Part shown: positions 53,412 through 64,000 of the stretch, one piece after another
Numbering within the stretch: the first letter of the stretch is position 1
How the letters are laid out: each line of letters opens with the position of its first letter
Assembly: GCA_963835575.1 (NCBI GenBank)
Contig: CAWIGG010000006.1
Location: 64,001 to 128,000, forward strand
Length of the DNA: 64,000 bases
From: an uncultured Spirochaetota bacterium
GTDB taxonomy: Bacteria; Spirochaetota; Brevinematia; Brevinematales; JAOACQ01
Direction of reading: 5' to 3'
Made by a program: the position numbers and the translations under genes
The notes under the pieces: model-generated
What the model saw: only the letters and a program-made list of their open reading frames with translations
What the model was told of the DNA's origin: nothing
Database searches by the model: none

Positions 53412-54125
53412 TTAATCTAAATACTTCTTCCTGTCCGTTAAAAAATCCCTGTACACTTTGTAGTAATCCGTTTCCTCATAAACAATTTTCTGTATCGGAG
53501 CGCCGTTAAAGCTGTAAATCTCGGCGCCGGGATAGGCCAGGATGATGGGGGAATGCGTCGCGATGATGTACTGGACATTCCCGGTATTGACGGTCTCTTT
53601 CATTATCTTCAGGAGTTCGATTTGCCGTTTGGGCGAGAGGGCGTTTTCGGGCTCGTCCAGGAGGTACAGCCCCTTCCTCTGGTAGCGGCTTTTAAAGAAA
53701 GCCAGGTGGCGCTCGCCATGCGAGCGGGTGATCAGGGAATCGCCGCCGAAATAATCGAACATCGCTTTGTCGGAGCGGGCCCATTCGTCCAGGTACTCGG
53801 CGAAGTATTGAAAGATCTCCGAGGCGAAGAAAGAGCCGGGCACTTTATCCTTTTCCCATTCGATGTCGATGTAGCGGTATAGTTCCTCGGCGTATTTATT
53901 ATAATAGAAGGTCGGGCGTTCCTCGTCCCTCCAGATATGGATGCCGCATTTTTTGGCCAGCGCCTTGAGCATCGTGGATTTGCCGGTCCCGTTTTCTCCG
54001 ATGAAAAAAGTCACCGGCGTCTCAAATGCCATGGAATGGGTGTGGTTGAAGATGTCCAGGTTAAAGGGATAGACATTATTGACAGGGTATCTTTCGCTGT
54101 GGATATGGACTTTCTTCAGGTGCAT
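53412..54125 (-). CDS. Stand-alone ABC/AAA_21-type ATPase (COG3910-like)
   Basis: GENGTGKS, SHGE, LLDEPE.ALSP.RQ, IATHSP. Confidence 0.9.
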   Translation of the reverse strand: MHLKKVHIHSERYPVNNVYPFNLDIFNHTHSMAFETPVTFFIGENGTGKSTMLKALAKKCGIHIWRDEERPTFYYNKYAEELYRYIDIEWEKDKVPGSFFASEIFQYFAEYLDEWARSDKAMFDYFGGDSLITRSHGERHLAFFKSRYQRKGLYLLDEPENALSPKRQIELLKIMKETVNTGNVQYIIATHSPIILAYPGAEIYSFNGAPIQKIVYEETDYYKVYRDFLTDRKKYLD

Positions 54126-54189
54126 GGAGGCTCCTTCTAATCGGAAAAGTATTGTTAGTCGAATAACTTATAACTTTAACAAAAGGCCC

Positions 54190-54333
54190 GTCATTGCGAG
54201 CATCAATTTATCTTCTTTGCCGCTGATTATCGTGCGAAGCAATCTGTAATTTCATAAAGTCATCTTTATTTGCAGACAGTTTGCTTCGCTCTAAAATTAT
54301 CAGCAAGGCATAAAACAGGATGCTCGCAATGAC
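54190..54333. repeat. 144-bp GTCATTGCGAG-family palindromic repeat
   Basis: Same outer and inner stems as 10639-10782. Confidence 0.85.
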
Positions 54334-54373
54334 GGCTTTTATTTAACATAATCATTTTACGTTCGAAAATCCT

Positions 54374-55864
54374 TTATTGATTTAAGAATTCCTTTTTGAT
54401 TTTCCCGAATTCGTCCTTGCCGCAGGCCAGGGCCGCCGTGGCCGGCGCCGCTTTTTTTACGGCCTTTACCATTTCGGCTGAAATTTCCCTGATGTCCCAC
54501 TGGGCGTGGCTGTCCATGCGCAGCCTTGCGATATGATATATTTCCCTCAGGCTCGCTTTAACCAGAATTCTCCGCCTGTGCGCGTTTGTCAGAATATATT
54601 CCGCGGCGGTGCCATTATCTTTATTGAGACTGTCATACGCCTTTTCAGTTTCTTCCATAACTCGGGTAAAAAGGCCTTCCTGCCCTGTTTCCTTTATTGA
54701 GGGCGGGATTGTGAAGCCCAGCGAGGGATCGTAAGGCTGTTTAAGCAGGGTCATCATCCGGTGCCGCTTCATCTGGGCGAAGGCGCTGGAGCTGATTATG
54801 ATCTCAAAAAGAAAATCGGCCGCCTCAAATTCCCTGAAGAGCGTGTCATGTTCGCCCAGGCCGCTTAAAAGCTCTTTTATAAATTTCATCTGCCCGGCCT
54901 GTCCCATTTTTTTTGCCCCGGCCAGACAGAGGCTGTAGGGCTTGCCGGAAGAGGTATGCAGAAGCGCCGCGATGATTTTCGAATCAGGGTCTTCCGTATG
55001 GTCCAGAAGCGTTACGGCGGGATTTTCTTTCTGCCCGCTGTCCGGTATTATTTTTCCCGCCAGGTCTGCGAGCTTCTGCCGGCCGTCTTCAAGAAGTCCG
55101 TCGGATACTTCCATGCCGAACTGCTTTTTAAAAGCTTCCGGATCGGACAGTATGATGAGCGAGGGAACGATGCCCCGGGCGTTCTCGTAAAGTTTATTGA
55201 CGAGTTCGCGGACTTCGCTTAATGGATGGTATTTGAGCTTCCTGATGATGTATTCAAGGTTCCTCGCGTTCGCCGAAAAACCGAGCTGGCATTCCGTGGC
55301 CATCGGCAGGGCATAGCGCGCGTCTTCCTTGGCCCATCCTTCTATTATATTCTGCCCGGATTTTGACTCGAGCATTTCCGGGCTCTGTTTTTTCTGAAAT
55401 TCATGCAGGACTGGAAAAAGCTTTTTATAGGCCTCAACCTGATTGACGACTGTATTTCTGAAAAGTTTTTCGGCATCCTTATTGAACTCGGCCGGCATGA
55501 CGTAATCGCCTTCCAGCGTGATGTACCGCTGGGACTTTTCCGTGTAGGAACAGAGGCGGGCTTCCTCCAGCGCTTCGACAGCGAGCCTGGAAAGCCCGAG
55601 TATGTCAAAATTAAGCATTGCATGCTCGGCCACGGAATGATGTCCCATCTTAAAAACGATATTTTCGTTCGATTTTCTGGCCTTGTCCACTTCCTCCCGG
55701 GAATCGGCGCGGAGCTCGGTCACAGGGCGCGGGTCCCTGCTGATCCTGGCGTATGCCGCCGAGATGGTTTCGGGAGTGATGTTATTTTTTCCGTCCCATC
55801 CGTCTGTTTTAAGCTTTTCCAGAACGGTTGTGTCCACATTATATCCGGCCAGCTTTACTTCCAT
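54374..55864 (-). CDS. thyX: FAD-dependent thymidylate synthase, tandem two-domain form
   Basis: GHHSVAEHA, SYTEKSQRY, EDARYALP; second domain RHR and LRMDSHAQWDIR. Confidence 0.88.
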   Translation of the reverse strand: MEVKLAGYNVDTTVLEKLKTDGWDGKNNITPETISAAYARISRDPRPVTELRADSREEVDKARKSNENIVFKMGHHSVAEHAMLNFDILGLSRLAVEALEEARLCSYTEKSQRYITLEGDYVMPAEFNKDAEKLFRNTVVNQVEAYKKLFPVLHEFQKKQSPEMLESKSGQNIIEGWAKEDARYALPMATECQLGFSANARNLEYIIRKLKYHPLSEVRELVNKLYENARGIVPSLIILSDPEAFKKQFGMEVSDGLLEDGRQKLADLAGKIIPDSGQKENPAVTLLDHTEDPDSKIIAALLHTSSGKPYSLCLAGAKKMGQAGQMKFIKELLSGLGEHDTLFREFEAADFLFEIIISSSAFAQMKRHRMMTLLKQPYDPSLGFTIPPSIKETGQEGLFTRVMEETEKAYDSLNKDNGTAAEYILTNAHRRRILVKASLREIYHIARLRMDSHAQWDIREISAEMVKAVKKAAPATAALACGKDEFGKIKKEFLNQ

Positions 55865-55974
55865 TATTTTCCTCACATATGATGTTCTTATTAAGCGGAT
55901 TATTATTTATAGATTTTAGAAGCTTCTGGGTTTATCAGCATGATAATAAAATTTTACTTTAAAACGCCGTCCGG

Positions 55975-57003
55975 TTAATCCAGCGCTGTGATATTTAAAG
56001 GCGGTTTATCAATGACTTCAAAATGCACGCTCGTTTCCTTGAATAAATCCTCGTATGTTTTATCCGGATAATAGGTGCAGGTAATAAACCTTTTTATTCT
56101 TGCGTTGACAACCATCTTCGCGCAGATGATGCAGGGCGAATGGGTGCTGTAAAGCGTCGCGTCTTCCGTGCTTGAGCCATGAAGCGCCGCGTGGATGATG
56201 GCGTTCTGCTCGGCGTGGACCGCGCGGCAGACTTCATGCTGTGTGCCGGATTTGATCCCCATCTGGTCACGGAGGCATCCCAGCTCGATGCAGTCCTTGA
56301 CGCCTGAAGGGGCGCCGTTATAACCCGAGCTGATGATATGGTTGTTTTTGACGATGATGGCGCCGATATGGTGCCTGATGCATGTGGAGCGCTCCGCGAC
56401 AAGAAAGGCCATTTTCATAAAATACTCGTCCCATGTCGGCCTCTTGTAAGGCTGGTAATTCAGCTCAGTCAGGATGCCGTCAATCTTTTTATAAAGGTCT
56501 TTAATAGTACCGTCGTTATCTAATTTATAATCGGCGAGTTCGAAGCATTTGCCGAGCTGCTGGGCTTTATCGTCCCTGGAGTTTTCCCTTTCCTCTTTCT
56601 GGATAAATTCTTTTATTGTCGATCCGTCGCCGGCCCTGCCTCGTTTGAGGGCCCGTTCAAACCTTTTATTGATATCAGCCGTCACTCCGATGAGCTTAAA
56701 ATCGGCCAGGTTATTCCTGAGCACCTCGATCTCATAAGTATTCCTGATGCTGTCGACAATGGCCTGGGGCGAATTTTTTATTTTAGTGATTGTCCTCTTG
56801 GCCAGAATGGAGGGGCCTTCCTTTTCCCTCAGGTCATTTCCGATGGCGATAAGGTTGTCGCGCGTCGGTTCCATGCCCCTGTGTTTTGCCTCTTCCCGTA
56901 TGATATCGGACAATGAAAACGCGATAAACTTCTTTTTTTCAACCAGGTATTTTATCGCTTCGCCTTTTCCTGCCGCGTTCGGCCCTGTAAAACCTAAAAA
57001 CAT
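55975..57003 (-). CDS. P-loop nucleotide kinase-like domain fused to dCMP deaminase
   Basis: TGPNAAGK; RPTWDEYFM, GYNG, HAEQNA, PCIIC. Confidence 0.9.
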   Translation of the reverse strand: MFLGFTGPNAAGKGEAIKYLVEKKKFIAFSLSDIIREEAKHRGMEPTRDNLIAIGNDLREKEGPSILAKRTITKIKNSPQAIVDSIRNTYEIEVLRNNLADFKLIGVTADINKRFERALKRGRAGDGSTIKEFIQKEERENSRDDKAQQLGKCFELADYKLDNDGTIKDLYKKIDGILTELNYQPYKRPTWDEYFMKMAFLVAERSTCIRHHIGAIIVKNNHIISSGYNGAPSGVKDCIELGCLRDQMGIKSGTQHEVCRAVHAEQNAIIHAALHGSSTEDATLYSTHSPCIICAKMVVNARIKRFITCTYYPDKTYEDLFKETSVHFEVIDKPPLNITALD

Positions 57004-57249
57004 GCCGTCCTCCAGATTTTTAAATATTTAGTGTAGTTCTAAAAACTGACAAAAACATAAGAATTAAAAATGTATTATTCCACAAGTAAAATATTTTTGG
57101 TATTTCCCAAAACACCAATTTGATATATTGGTGGTTTTTGGGAATGCCCTTAATAAAAACGGGAATTATTAAGAGATATTTTATAGTGCGGAATGGAATT
57201 TTACAAAATAATCGAATGGTTTTTATTAAAAAAATAATAAATAGGAAAA

Positions 57250-59569
57250 CTATTGAGACGCGGCTTTTTTCTTTTTTTCTTTTTTTGCCTTTTTTTCCAG
57301 ATAAAGCTTGGAATCGGCTTCTTCCATCATTTCTTCAATGGAATAATACTTTCCGGGCAAATAAGGCGCCGAGCCGACGGAAAAGTCAAGCGTATACGGC
57401 TTGCCGGAATTTTGATTATAGTCTTTAATGAATTCCAACATTCTTTTTCTGATCTGAGAAAATTCCTGGATGGTTGAATCAATTGCAAGAACAGCGAATT
57501 CGTCTCCGCCCCACCGGCCTATGATATCTGTCTGGCGGAATGTTTTGATAAAAATTTTCGCTGTTTCATGGATAATGGAATCCCCTTCTTTATGACCGTA
57601 TGTGTCATTAATAAATTTTAAGCTGTCGATGTCGATGAAAAAAAACAGGAATTCGCGGGGTCTCCTCTTCGAAAGATCAAGGTGCTGTCGGGCCAGAGTC
57701 ATAAATCCCCTACGGTTGTATAGGCCGGTCAATTCGTCCAGAACGGAAAGCTGTTCGAGTTTTTTATAGGAGTTTTCAAGGGCCTGGAGTGTTTTTTTAA
57801 GCTCTTCTGAGATTTCATTTTCATGCTCGAGGAGCAAAGCGCCTTTTATGGCTCCGGAAATCTGGCTCCGTAATTCTTCATAGATAATATCATTGTTCTT
57901 GATCATGCTGAGCACAATGTAGCCGAAATGCTCGTTTCTCAGGAAAAGCGGCATAACAGCCGCGCTTACCTGCTCATTTGAATTTATAAACCCGGGCGGT
58001 ATTATTTTATTTGTCTGAATAACCGGGTTTGAATGATTGACATGCTTGCCGCCGCGATAGTCAAGCAGTATTTTAGACTCCTGCGGGATTTCCCATTTCA
58101 GCTTGCCGTCCCACCGGATATCGCTTTTATATAAACATAATAAAAATTTCTCTATTCCAAGAATGTCGAACTGGGAAGTCAGAACTTTGATCAATTCTTG
58201 AATATTAAGAGTTGACATAATGGATTGACTGATCGAATAAATCAGGAGTTCCTGATTTCCTCTCTTTTTTAATATATTATACTGAACACGGTTCAGAAAT
58301 GTGCTGTAGAGAACCTGGGCTTTAAGAAAAATATCCTCTGTTTTATTTAATTGTTTAATATCCTTGAGATAAGGGATAATAAGCTTGCGGATAATGATTA
58401 ATGCCTTTTGCAAGAAGGAGATGTCGACATCCTCTTTTATAAGCTGTTTGAGGATCTCCTCCATGCCCAGAAGAAAAAAGCTGCTTTCCGAAGGAGCGGT
58501 GATATCCTGTTTTAATTTTTTTAAAAGCCGGCCTATCAGGGCAGTATGCGACTGATTATCAGCAAAGAAATCCTGAATTTCTTCGAAAATCTCACTGAAA
58601 ATTGCCGGATCAAACTCATTCGGAATTTTACCCTGTATTTCTTCCCGGGAATCTTCTTTTTGATCTGTTTCAAGAGAAACACTGTTCAAAAGTTCATCAG
58701 AACATCCGCAGGACTGCCGGATAACCAGTTCGGGTTGGAAGGGAAACGATTTCAGGAACATCCCGGCCCTCCATGAGGTCTAATAAAAGATCAACGGCTG
58801 TTTCTACCTCTTTTTTAAACGGCTGGCGGACAGTAGTGGCCGGCGGATGCGTAAATTTTATTTCCTCAATATCGTCAAATCCGGTCACTTTAATGTCCCT
58901 CGGAATTTGATAATTCATTTTATCAAGCGCCGTCATAATTCCCAGCAGCATCTCATCGTTGGCCGCCATGATCACATCCGGTTTTACTTTACGCTTTTTC
59001 AGCAGTTCTTCAACCGCGCGGAAGCCTGAATCAAACACAAAATTTCCCGGAGCGACAAGGGAAGGATCAAAATCAATATTATTTTCTTTCAGGGCTTGTT
59101 TATAGGCCTCAAATCTGTTATCGGCTTCCTGGAATTTTTCAGGGCCTCTTACAAAAGCGATTTTTTTTGCGCCATGCTCTTTGATAAGATGATGAACGAC
59201 TTTTTTGATGCCGATCGATTCGTCAATGATCACGCTGGGTATTCCGGGGACCTCACTGACTAAATTGACTAAAGGGATCTTTTTGAAGTGGTTGAGAAAT
59301 GAGAAATATTGTTTCAATTCAATATAAACGGATAATGTAGCGTTGGAAATAATTCCATCAACTGAATATTTATTCGCGAGGGAATAAATAATATTAAACT
59401 GGGTATTAAAATTATAAGAATAGCAAAGAGATTTGCCGGGGAAGAAAAGAACATTAATATCTCTTTTCCTGCAGACATCAAACATAAGAGGCCAGATAAC
59501 ACTATGGTAAGACCCATTAAACTGGTTAATGAAAAAAGCAATTGTTTTACGGCCGTTCTTTTTCTTCAT
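57250..59569 (-). pseudogene. LacI-type sugar-binding sensor fused to a GGDEF diguanylate cyclase; +1 frameshift
   Basis: ANDEM, VTGFDD, TTVRQP; removing one C (GGG 58732-58734 on +) restores PTELVIRQSCG; DELTGLYNRR, RQTD I-site, GGDEF. Confidence 0.82.
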
Positions 59570-59783
59570 TGCGGGTTAAATCCCCCTAATTGTATTATAT
59601 TATTTATGTAAAATTAAATCAAGAGCATTTTATTAACTGACACGAATCAATGAACTGTTAATAAAGACTGCTTTTTTTTCATATAAAGATAGTATCATTA
59701 TAAGGATATTATAAAGTTATAAGCAGAACTGGTATAAAAATGTAATTTTAAGAATGATTCTTGATTTAATAAGAGACATTTCG

Positions 59784-60788
59784 TTAGGCGGAAACATTTT
59801 TCAACATATTCATCTGTTCTTCATTCAGATGTATATCCAGCGATTTGAGGTTCTCCTCGAGCTGTGCCCGGCTGCTGACGCCAACAACTGGAATGACCTT
59901 TGGCTGATGATGAAGAAGCCAGGCCAGGACCAGCAGGCTTTTTTTAACTCCCAATTCCAGGGATAAATCATCCAGGGCATTCAGCCGGGCGCCGGTATCC
60001 GGGCCTTCAAAAAAAGGCCAGTGGTCGTATGTCTTCCGTTTTTCGGGATTGTCATAAACGCCTTTCAGAAGCGGCGAGTAAGCGGTTAAGATTATATCAG
60101 GATTTTCCCTGAGGTAGTCCAGAAGCTCATCGCCGGTATGGGGATAGATGCCGAAGTCGGAGCCGGGTTTAGGCCTGAGATAGGAATAGCGGAGCTGGAC
60201 GGCGCAGAAAGCCGCCCATCCGTTTGACCCGCTGATATTCCGGGCCTTTTCAATGCGCCACGCGCGGTAGTTGCTGCACCCTATGTGCCGGATCTTTCCC
60301 TCTTTAACTAGGCTGTTCAGTGTTTCCAGAGTTTCTTCAAGAAGAACGTTCCGGTCGTCTATATGGGTATACAGGAGGTCGATCCTGTCTGTTTGAAGTC
60401 TTTTCAGGCTTCCCTCGACGGCCTTGCGTACCGCTCCGGAGGAAAGGCCTTCGAATTCCTTTGGAAAAAGGTCCCATTTTATTTCTCCTTTTTCATCCCT
60501 TATCGCAGCCGTATCTTTCGGCCTGGCGCCAATTTTTGTCGCCAGGAAAATTTTTTCCCTGCTTTTCCTTTCCTTAATCCATTGTCCGATAACCGTCTCG
60601 CTTTCATCGCCTGAGCCGGCCCACCAGGCGTAGTTATCGGCCGTGTCAATAAAATTCCCGCCCGCGTCCAGAAAGCAATCGAGGATCGAATATGACTCAT
60701 CCTTTTTGACGGATGTTCCCATGATCATGCATCCCAGGCAGATCCGGCTGACCATACGGCCCGTGCGGCCGAGTTCGATTTTATCCAT
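59784..60788 (-). CDS. Aldo/keto reductase
   Basis: GGNFIDTADNY, SLKRLQTDRIDLLY.H, GKIRHIGCSN, YSPL. Confidence 0.94.
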   Translation of the reverse strand: MDKIELGRTGRMVSRICLGCMIMGTSVKKDESYSILDCFLDAGGNFIDTADNYAWWAGSGDESETVIGQWIKERKSREKIFLATKIGARPKDTAAIRDEKGEIKWDLFPKEFEGLSSGAVRKAVEGSLKRLQTDRIDLLYTHIDDRNVLLEETLETLNSLVKEGKIRHIGCSNYRAWRIEKARNISGSNGWAAFCAVQLRYSYLRPKPGSDFGIYPHTGDELLDYLRENPDIILTAYSPLLKGVYDNPEKRKTYDHWPFFEGPDTGARLNALDDLSLELGVKKSLLVLAWLLHHQPKVIPVVGVSSRAQLEENLKSLDIHLNEEQMNMLKNVSA

Positions 60789-60850
60789 ATACACTCCTTT
60801 TCAAACCTTTCCAATAAATTAATTATTCTTCTTTAATATTTTCAATTTTC

Positions 60851-60958
60851 ACAGGAAGACGGGAAGATACAGAGATCAATTTATGACAAACCGCCTTATT
60901 CCTTCCCGCCCCTTCAATGCGCTGCGCTTACTCAGGACATCGCTTCCCTTCTTCCTGT
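60851..60958. repeat. Gene-less GGGAAG-type inverted element
   Basis: ACAGGAAGACGGGAAG ... CTTCCCG[CCCTTCAA..CTCAGG]..CTTCCCTTCTTCCTGT. Confidence 0.7.
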
Positions 60959-61020
60959 TAAATGTTGTAAAGCGGGCAAAAATATAATGGATATTCTTAA
61001 CTTAATAATAACTAATATTC

Positions 61021-62540
61021 GTAACTATCCAGCCACTAAAAAATAGTCACATGAAATATTTGCATTGAGCATGAAACCATGCTATTCTATAGCATGAATG
61101 AAGATAGAAGAGAAAAAGACTGTGCGGCCTGCTTAAAACGATTTGAAGGCATCATTGCTGATTTACAAAACCAGATAAAGGAGCAGGGTTTAATCATTCA
61201 AAGACAAGCGGAAAAGATTAAGAAATTGGAAGAACAGCTTAATAAGGACAGCCATAACAGCAATAAACCGCCGTCTTCCGATAATCCATTCCAAAATACA
61301 GTAAAGAATTTACGGAAAAAGAGCGGTAAAAAACAAGGCGGCCAGTTTGGACATAAGGGAAATACTCTGAAGAAAGTAGAAAGCCCTGATAAGATCATAG
61401 AACATCAGGTTGAAAAATGTTCCTGTTGTGGAATTGATTTAAGTTCCGAATCAGTTAAGCGGACGGAAAGAAGGCAGGTGTTCGATATACCTCCGATAAA
61501 AGTGGAAGTTACCGAACATCGCTCGGAAGTAAAAGATTGTCCGCATTGCGGTGCGAGAGTAACGGCGGAGTTTCCGGAAGGCATAACCAATAAGGCACAG
61601 TATGGAAAAAACATTAAAGCGCATCTGGTCTATATGAAAACATATGGGTTGATACCCTATGAAAGGCTTTCGGAATACGCCGAATGTTTATTGGGAGTGC
61701 CGCTCAGCAAGGCAACGATTGAAGGATTTATCCGGGAGACCTACAATAAATTAGAAGAGTATGAACAGAAAGTCATAGAACTGATACTAAAAGAAGTGGT
61801 TCTTCACTGTGATGAAACCGGTATTCGGATAAAAGGGTTATTAAAATGGCTCCATGTTGCCTCGAATGAACGTTTTACCTATTATTTTTCTCATGACAAA
61901 CGCGGCACAGAGGCGATGCGTGCGATGGACATTCTCACAAGATTTACCGGTATTATTATCCACGATGGATGGAAAAGTTATCTGGAATTCTTATGCCGTC
62001 ATGGATTGTGTAATGTACACCATTTGAGAGAGCTAATCTGGATACATGAGGAAATGGGTCAGGAATGGGCTAAGGAGATGGGTAATCTTCTTATAAGGAT
62101 TAAGAATGATAAAGAGGCAAGTTTTCCAATACCGGCGGAAAGGATTATAGAATATGATACGGAATATGACCGGATCATCGCGAAAGGATTTGCTGTAAAT
62201 CCAACGCCTGAAAAGCCGGAAGGACTTGTTAAACGCGGCAGAAAAAAGCGGGGCAAGGTTTTATGCCTATTAGACCGATTAAGAAAATATAAAGAATCTG
62301 TCCTTTTATTTATGCGGGAAAAAGATGTTCCATTCAGCAACAATTTGGCGGAACGGGATATCAGAATGATAAAAGTCCAGCAGAAAATATCAGGTACATT
62401 CAGAAGCTGGAATGGAGCGGCTGCCTTTTGCAGAATCAGGGGTTATATATCTACAGTAAAAAAGATGGGCGTCAGTGTTTATCAAGCCCTTATTGACGCG
62501 TTGAACGGCTCCGCTATTAAATATGCGGCTGGATAGTTAC
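61021..62540 (+). mobile_element. IS66-family (single-ORF, ISBst12-like) insertion sequence
   Basis: Perfect 14-bp IR GTAACTATCCAGCC; 8-bp TSD TAATATTC at 61013-61020 and 62541-62548. Confidence 0.95.
61079..62536 (+). CDS. IS66-family transposase (start possibly 61094)
   Basis: Leucine zipper, NSNKPPSSD, GGQFGH.G, zinc finger, DETG, HDG, C.VH..REL, NNLAERDIR. Confidence 0.96.
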   Translation: MLFYSMNEDRREKDCAACLKRFEGIIADLQNQIKEQGLIIQRQAEKIKKLEEQLNKDSHNSNKPPSSDNPFQNTVKNLRKKSGKKQGGQFGHKGNTLKKVESPDKIIEHQVEKCSCCGIDLSSESVKRTERRQVFDIPPIKVEVTEHRSEVKDCPHCGARVTAEFPEGITNKAQYGKNIKAHLVYMKTYGLIPYERLSEYAECLLGVPLSKATIEGFIRETYNKLEEYEQKVIELILKEVVLHCDETGIRIKGLLKWLHVASNERFTYYFSHDKRGTEAMRAMDILTRFTGIIIHDGWKSYLEFLCRHGLCNVHHLRELIWIHEEMGQEWAKEMGNLLIRIKNDKEASFPIPAERIIEYDTEYDRIIAKGFAVNPTPEKPEGLVKRGRKKRGKVLCLLDRLRKYKESVLLFMREKDVPFSNNLAERDIRMIKVQQKISGTFRSWNGAAAFCRIRGYISTVKKMGVSVYQALIDALNGSAIKYAAG

Positions 62541-62744
62541 TAATATTCTTTTTATCAGTCAAACTATTCTTTTAAATATATTTCAATGTCAATAGAATTA
62601 AAAAAATGTTTTCATGCAAATTAACACCGCTGCACCTTTCATAAAAAATGACAATTTTGCCGGATTTTGTTATAATACTTCAATTGCGTTATTCCATAAA
62701 GATATAATTGTGTAAGTCTCGATGGAGTACATTCAGAGGACTTT

Positions 62745-64000
62745 ATGCCCAAAAGGACAGATATCCATAAAATCCTGATCATAGGTGCCGGGCCGATCGT
62801 CATCGGCCAGGCCTGCGAATTCGACTATTCAGGCACACAGGCCTGCAAGGCCCTCCGCGAGGAAGGCTTTGAGGTCGTGCTGATCAATTCCAACCCCGCT
62901 ACGATCATGACGGACCCGGAAATGGCCGACAGGACCTATATCGAGCCGATCACGACGGAATATCTCGAGAAGATCATAGAAAAAGAGCGGCCCGACGCGC
63001 TTCTGCCCACGCTGGGCGGCCAGACTGCCCTGAACGCCGCCGTCAAGCTTTATGAAGAAGGGATACTCGATAAATACAAGGTTGAAATGATCGGGGCCAA
63101 TTACGAGGCGATAAAAAAAGGCGAGGACAGGGAGGAGTTCAACAAAGCGATGAAGCGGATCGGGCTCAAGGTGCCGGACAGCTTTATCATTCATTCGCTT
63201 GATGAAGCCCTTGCCGTTGTCGATAAAATCGGGTTCCCGAACGTCATCCGCCCGGCTTATACCCTCGGCGGCACCGGCGGCGGGATCGCGTACAATATTG
63301 ACGAGTTTAAAGAAGTCATAAAAAGAGGACTCGACGCGAGCATCAAGAACGAGGTCCAGATCGATAAATCGCTCCTGGGCTGGAAGGAATATGAGCTCGA
63401 GGTGATGCGCGACAAGATGGACAATGTCGTCATTGTCTGTTCGATCGAGAACTTCGACCCGATGGGCGTCCATACGGGCGATTCCATTACAGTAGCGCCG
63501 GCGCAGACCCTGACGGACAGGGAATACCAGAGGCTCAGGGACTATTCCATCGCCATCATCCGCGAGATCGGCGTCGACACGGGCGGGTCCAATATCCAGT
63601 TTGCCGTCAGCCCGGATAACGGCGATGTGATCGTCATCGAAATGAACCCGCGCGTTTCGCGGAGCTCGGCGCTGGCGTCAAAAGCCACGGGCTTTCCCAT
63701 CGCAAAAATCGCGGCGAAACTCGCCGTCGGCTACACCCTGGATGAGATCCCCAACGACATCACAAAAGAGACGCCGGCCTCGTTCGAGCCGACGCTGGAT
63801 TATGTCGTCGTCAAAATCCCCCGCTTTAATTTTGAGAAATTCAAGGAAACAAAACCCGTCCTCGGCACGCAGATGAAATCTGTGGGCGAGGTGATGGCCA
63901 TCGGGAGGACTTTCAAGGAAGCGCTTCAGAAAGGAATGCGCTCCCTTGAAAATAAATACACGGGATTGAACGACTATCTTTATGGAAAGGGCGATATTTC
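62745..64000 (+). CDS. carB: Carbamoyl-phosphate synthase large subunit (3' partial; absent from the ORF track)
   Basis: [62 protein letters not shown]. Confidence 0.98.
   Translation, partial: MPKRTDIHKILIIGAGPIVIGQACEFDYSGTQACKALREEGFEVVLINSNPATIMTDPEMADRTYIEPITTEYLEKIIEKERPDALLPTLGGQTALNAAVKLYEEGILDKYKVEMIGANYEAIKKGEDREEFNKAMKRIGLKVPDSFIIHSLDEALAVVDKIGFPNVIRPAYTLGGTGGGIAYNIDEFKEVIKRGLDASIKNEVQIDKSLLGWKEYELEVMRDKMDNVVIVCSIENFDPMGVHTGDSITVAPAQTLTDREYQRLRDYSIAIIREIGVDTGGSNIQFAVSPDNGDVIVIEMNPRVSRSSALASKATGFPIAKIAAKLAVGYTLDEIPNDITKETPASFEPTLDYVVVKIPRFNFEKFKETKPVLGTQMKSVGEVMAIGRTFKEALQKGMRSLENKYTGLNDYLYGKGDI

Noticed and set aside
53392..53420. (TAATC)n microsatellite
   Set aside because: Short slippage duplication around a stop codon; no evidence of function
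53412..54125. ATPase as an anti-phage system
   Set aside because: No adjacent nuclease or effector recognised; fits a common stand-alone family
62829..63487. Minus-strand ORFs
   Set aside because: Antisense shadows of carB

Overview
Bacterial chromosomal window, tentatively from a spirochaete (inference from a BesA-like hairpin-less efflux adaptor, many lipoproteins and a LacI-sensor/GGDEF fusion). Housekeeping and metabolic genes: TolC-adaptor-RND operon, SPFH, pta, coaD, glyA, a PLP aminotransferase, uppP, argS, an HtrA-family protease, speE, a GH16 glucanase, lemA with DUF2207, tandem thyX, a kinase-dCMP deaminase fusion and partial carB. Four complete IS elements from four families (IS256, IS1380, IS1182, IS66). 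The most unusual signal is a family of small elements. GxxExxY (PD-(D/E)xK-type nuclease) genes are bracketed by inverted arms of 2-4 tandem ~9-10-nt units. The window holds two intact copies, one nonsense pseudogene, one deletion remnant and several gene-less copies, and the arm sequence type tracks the protein clade. One copy sits between lemA and DUF2207, and these elements nest with each other and with an IS1182. Second highlight: spermidine synthase is followed by, and probably fused to, a tandem SAM-decarboxylase-like pair whose catalytic residues are split between the halves as in eukaryotic AdoMetDC. Also present: an IS256 knock-out of a chagasin gene, an 18-bp direct-repeat-flanked 3-kb islet, BlaI/MecI-type operators, several other palindromic repeat families, and many 1-2 nt frameshifts that may be assembly errors. 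All calls are by eye, with no database searches.
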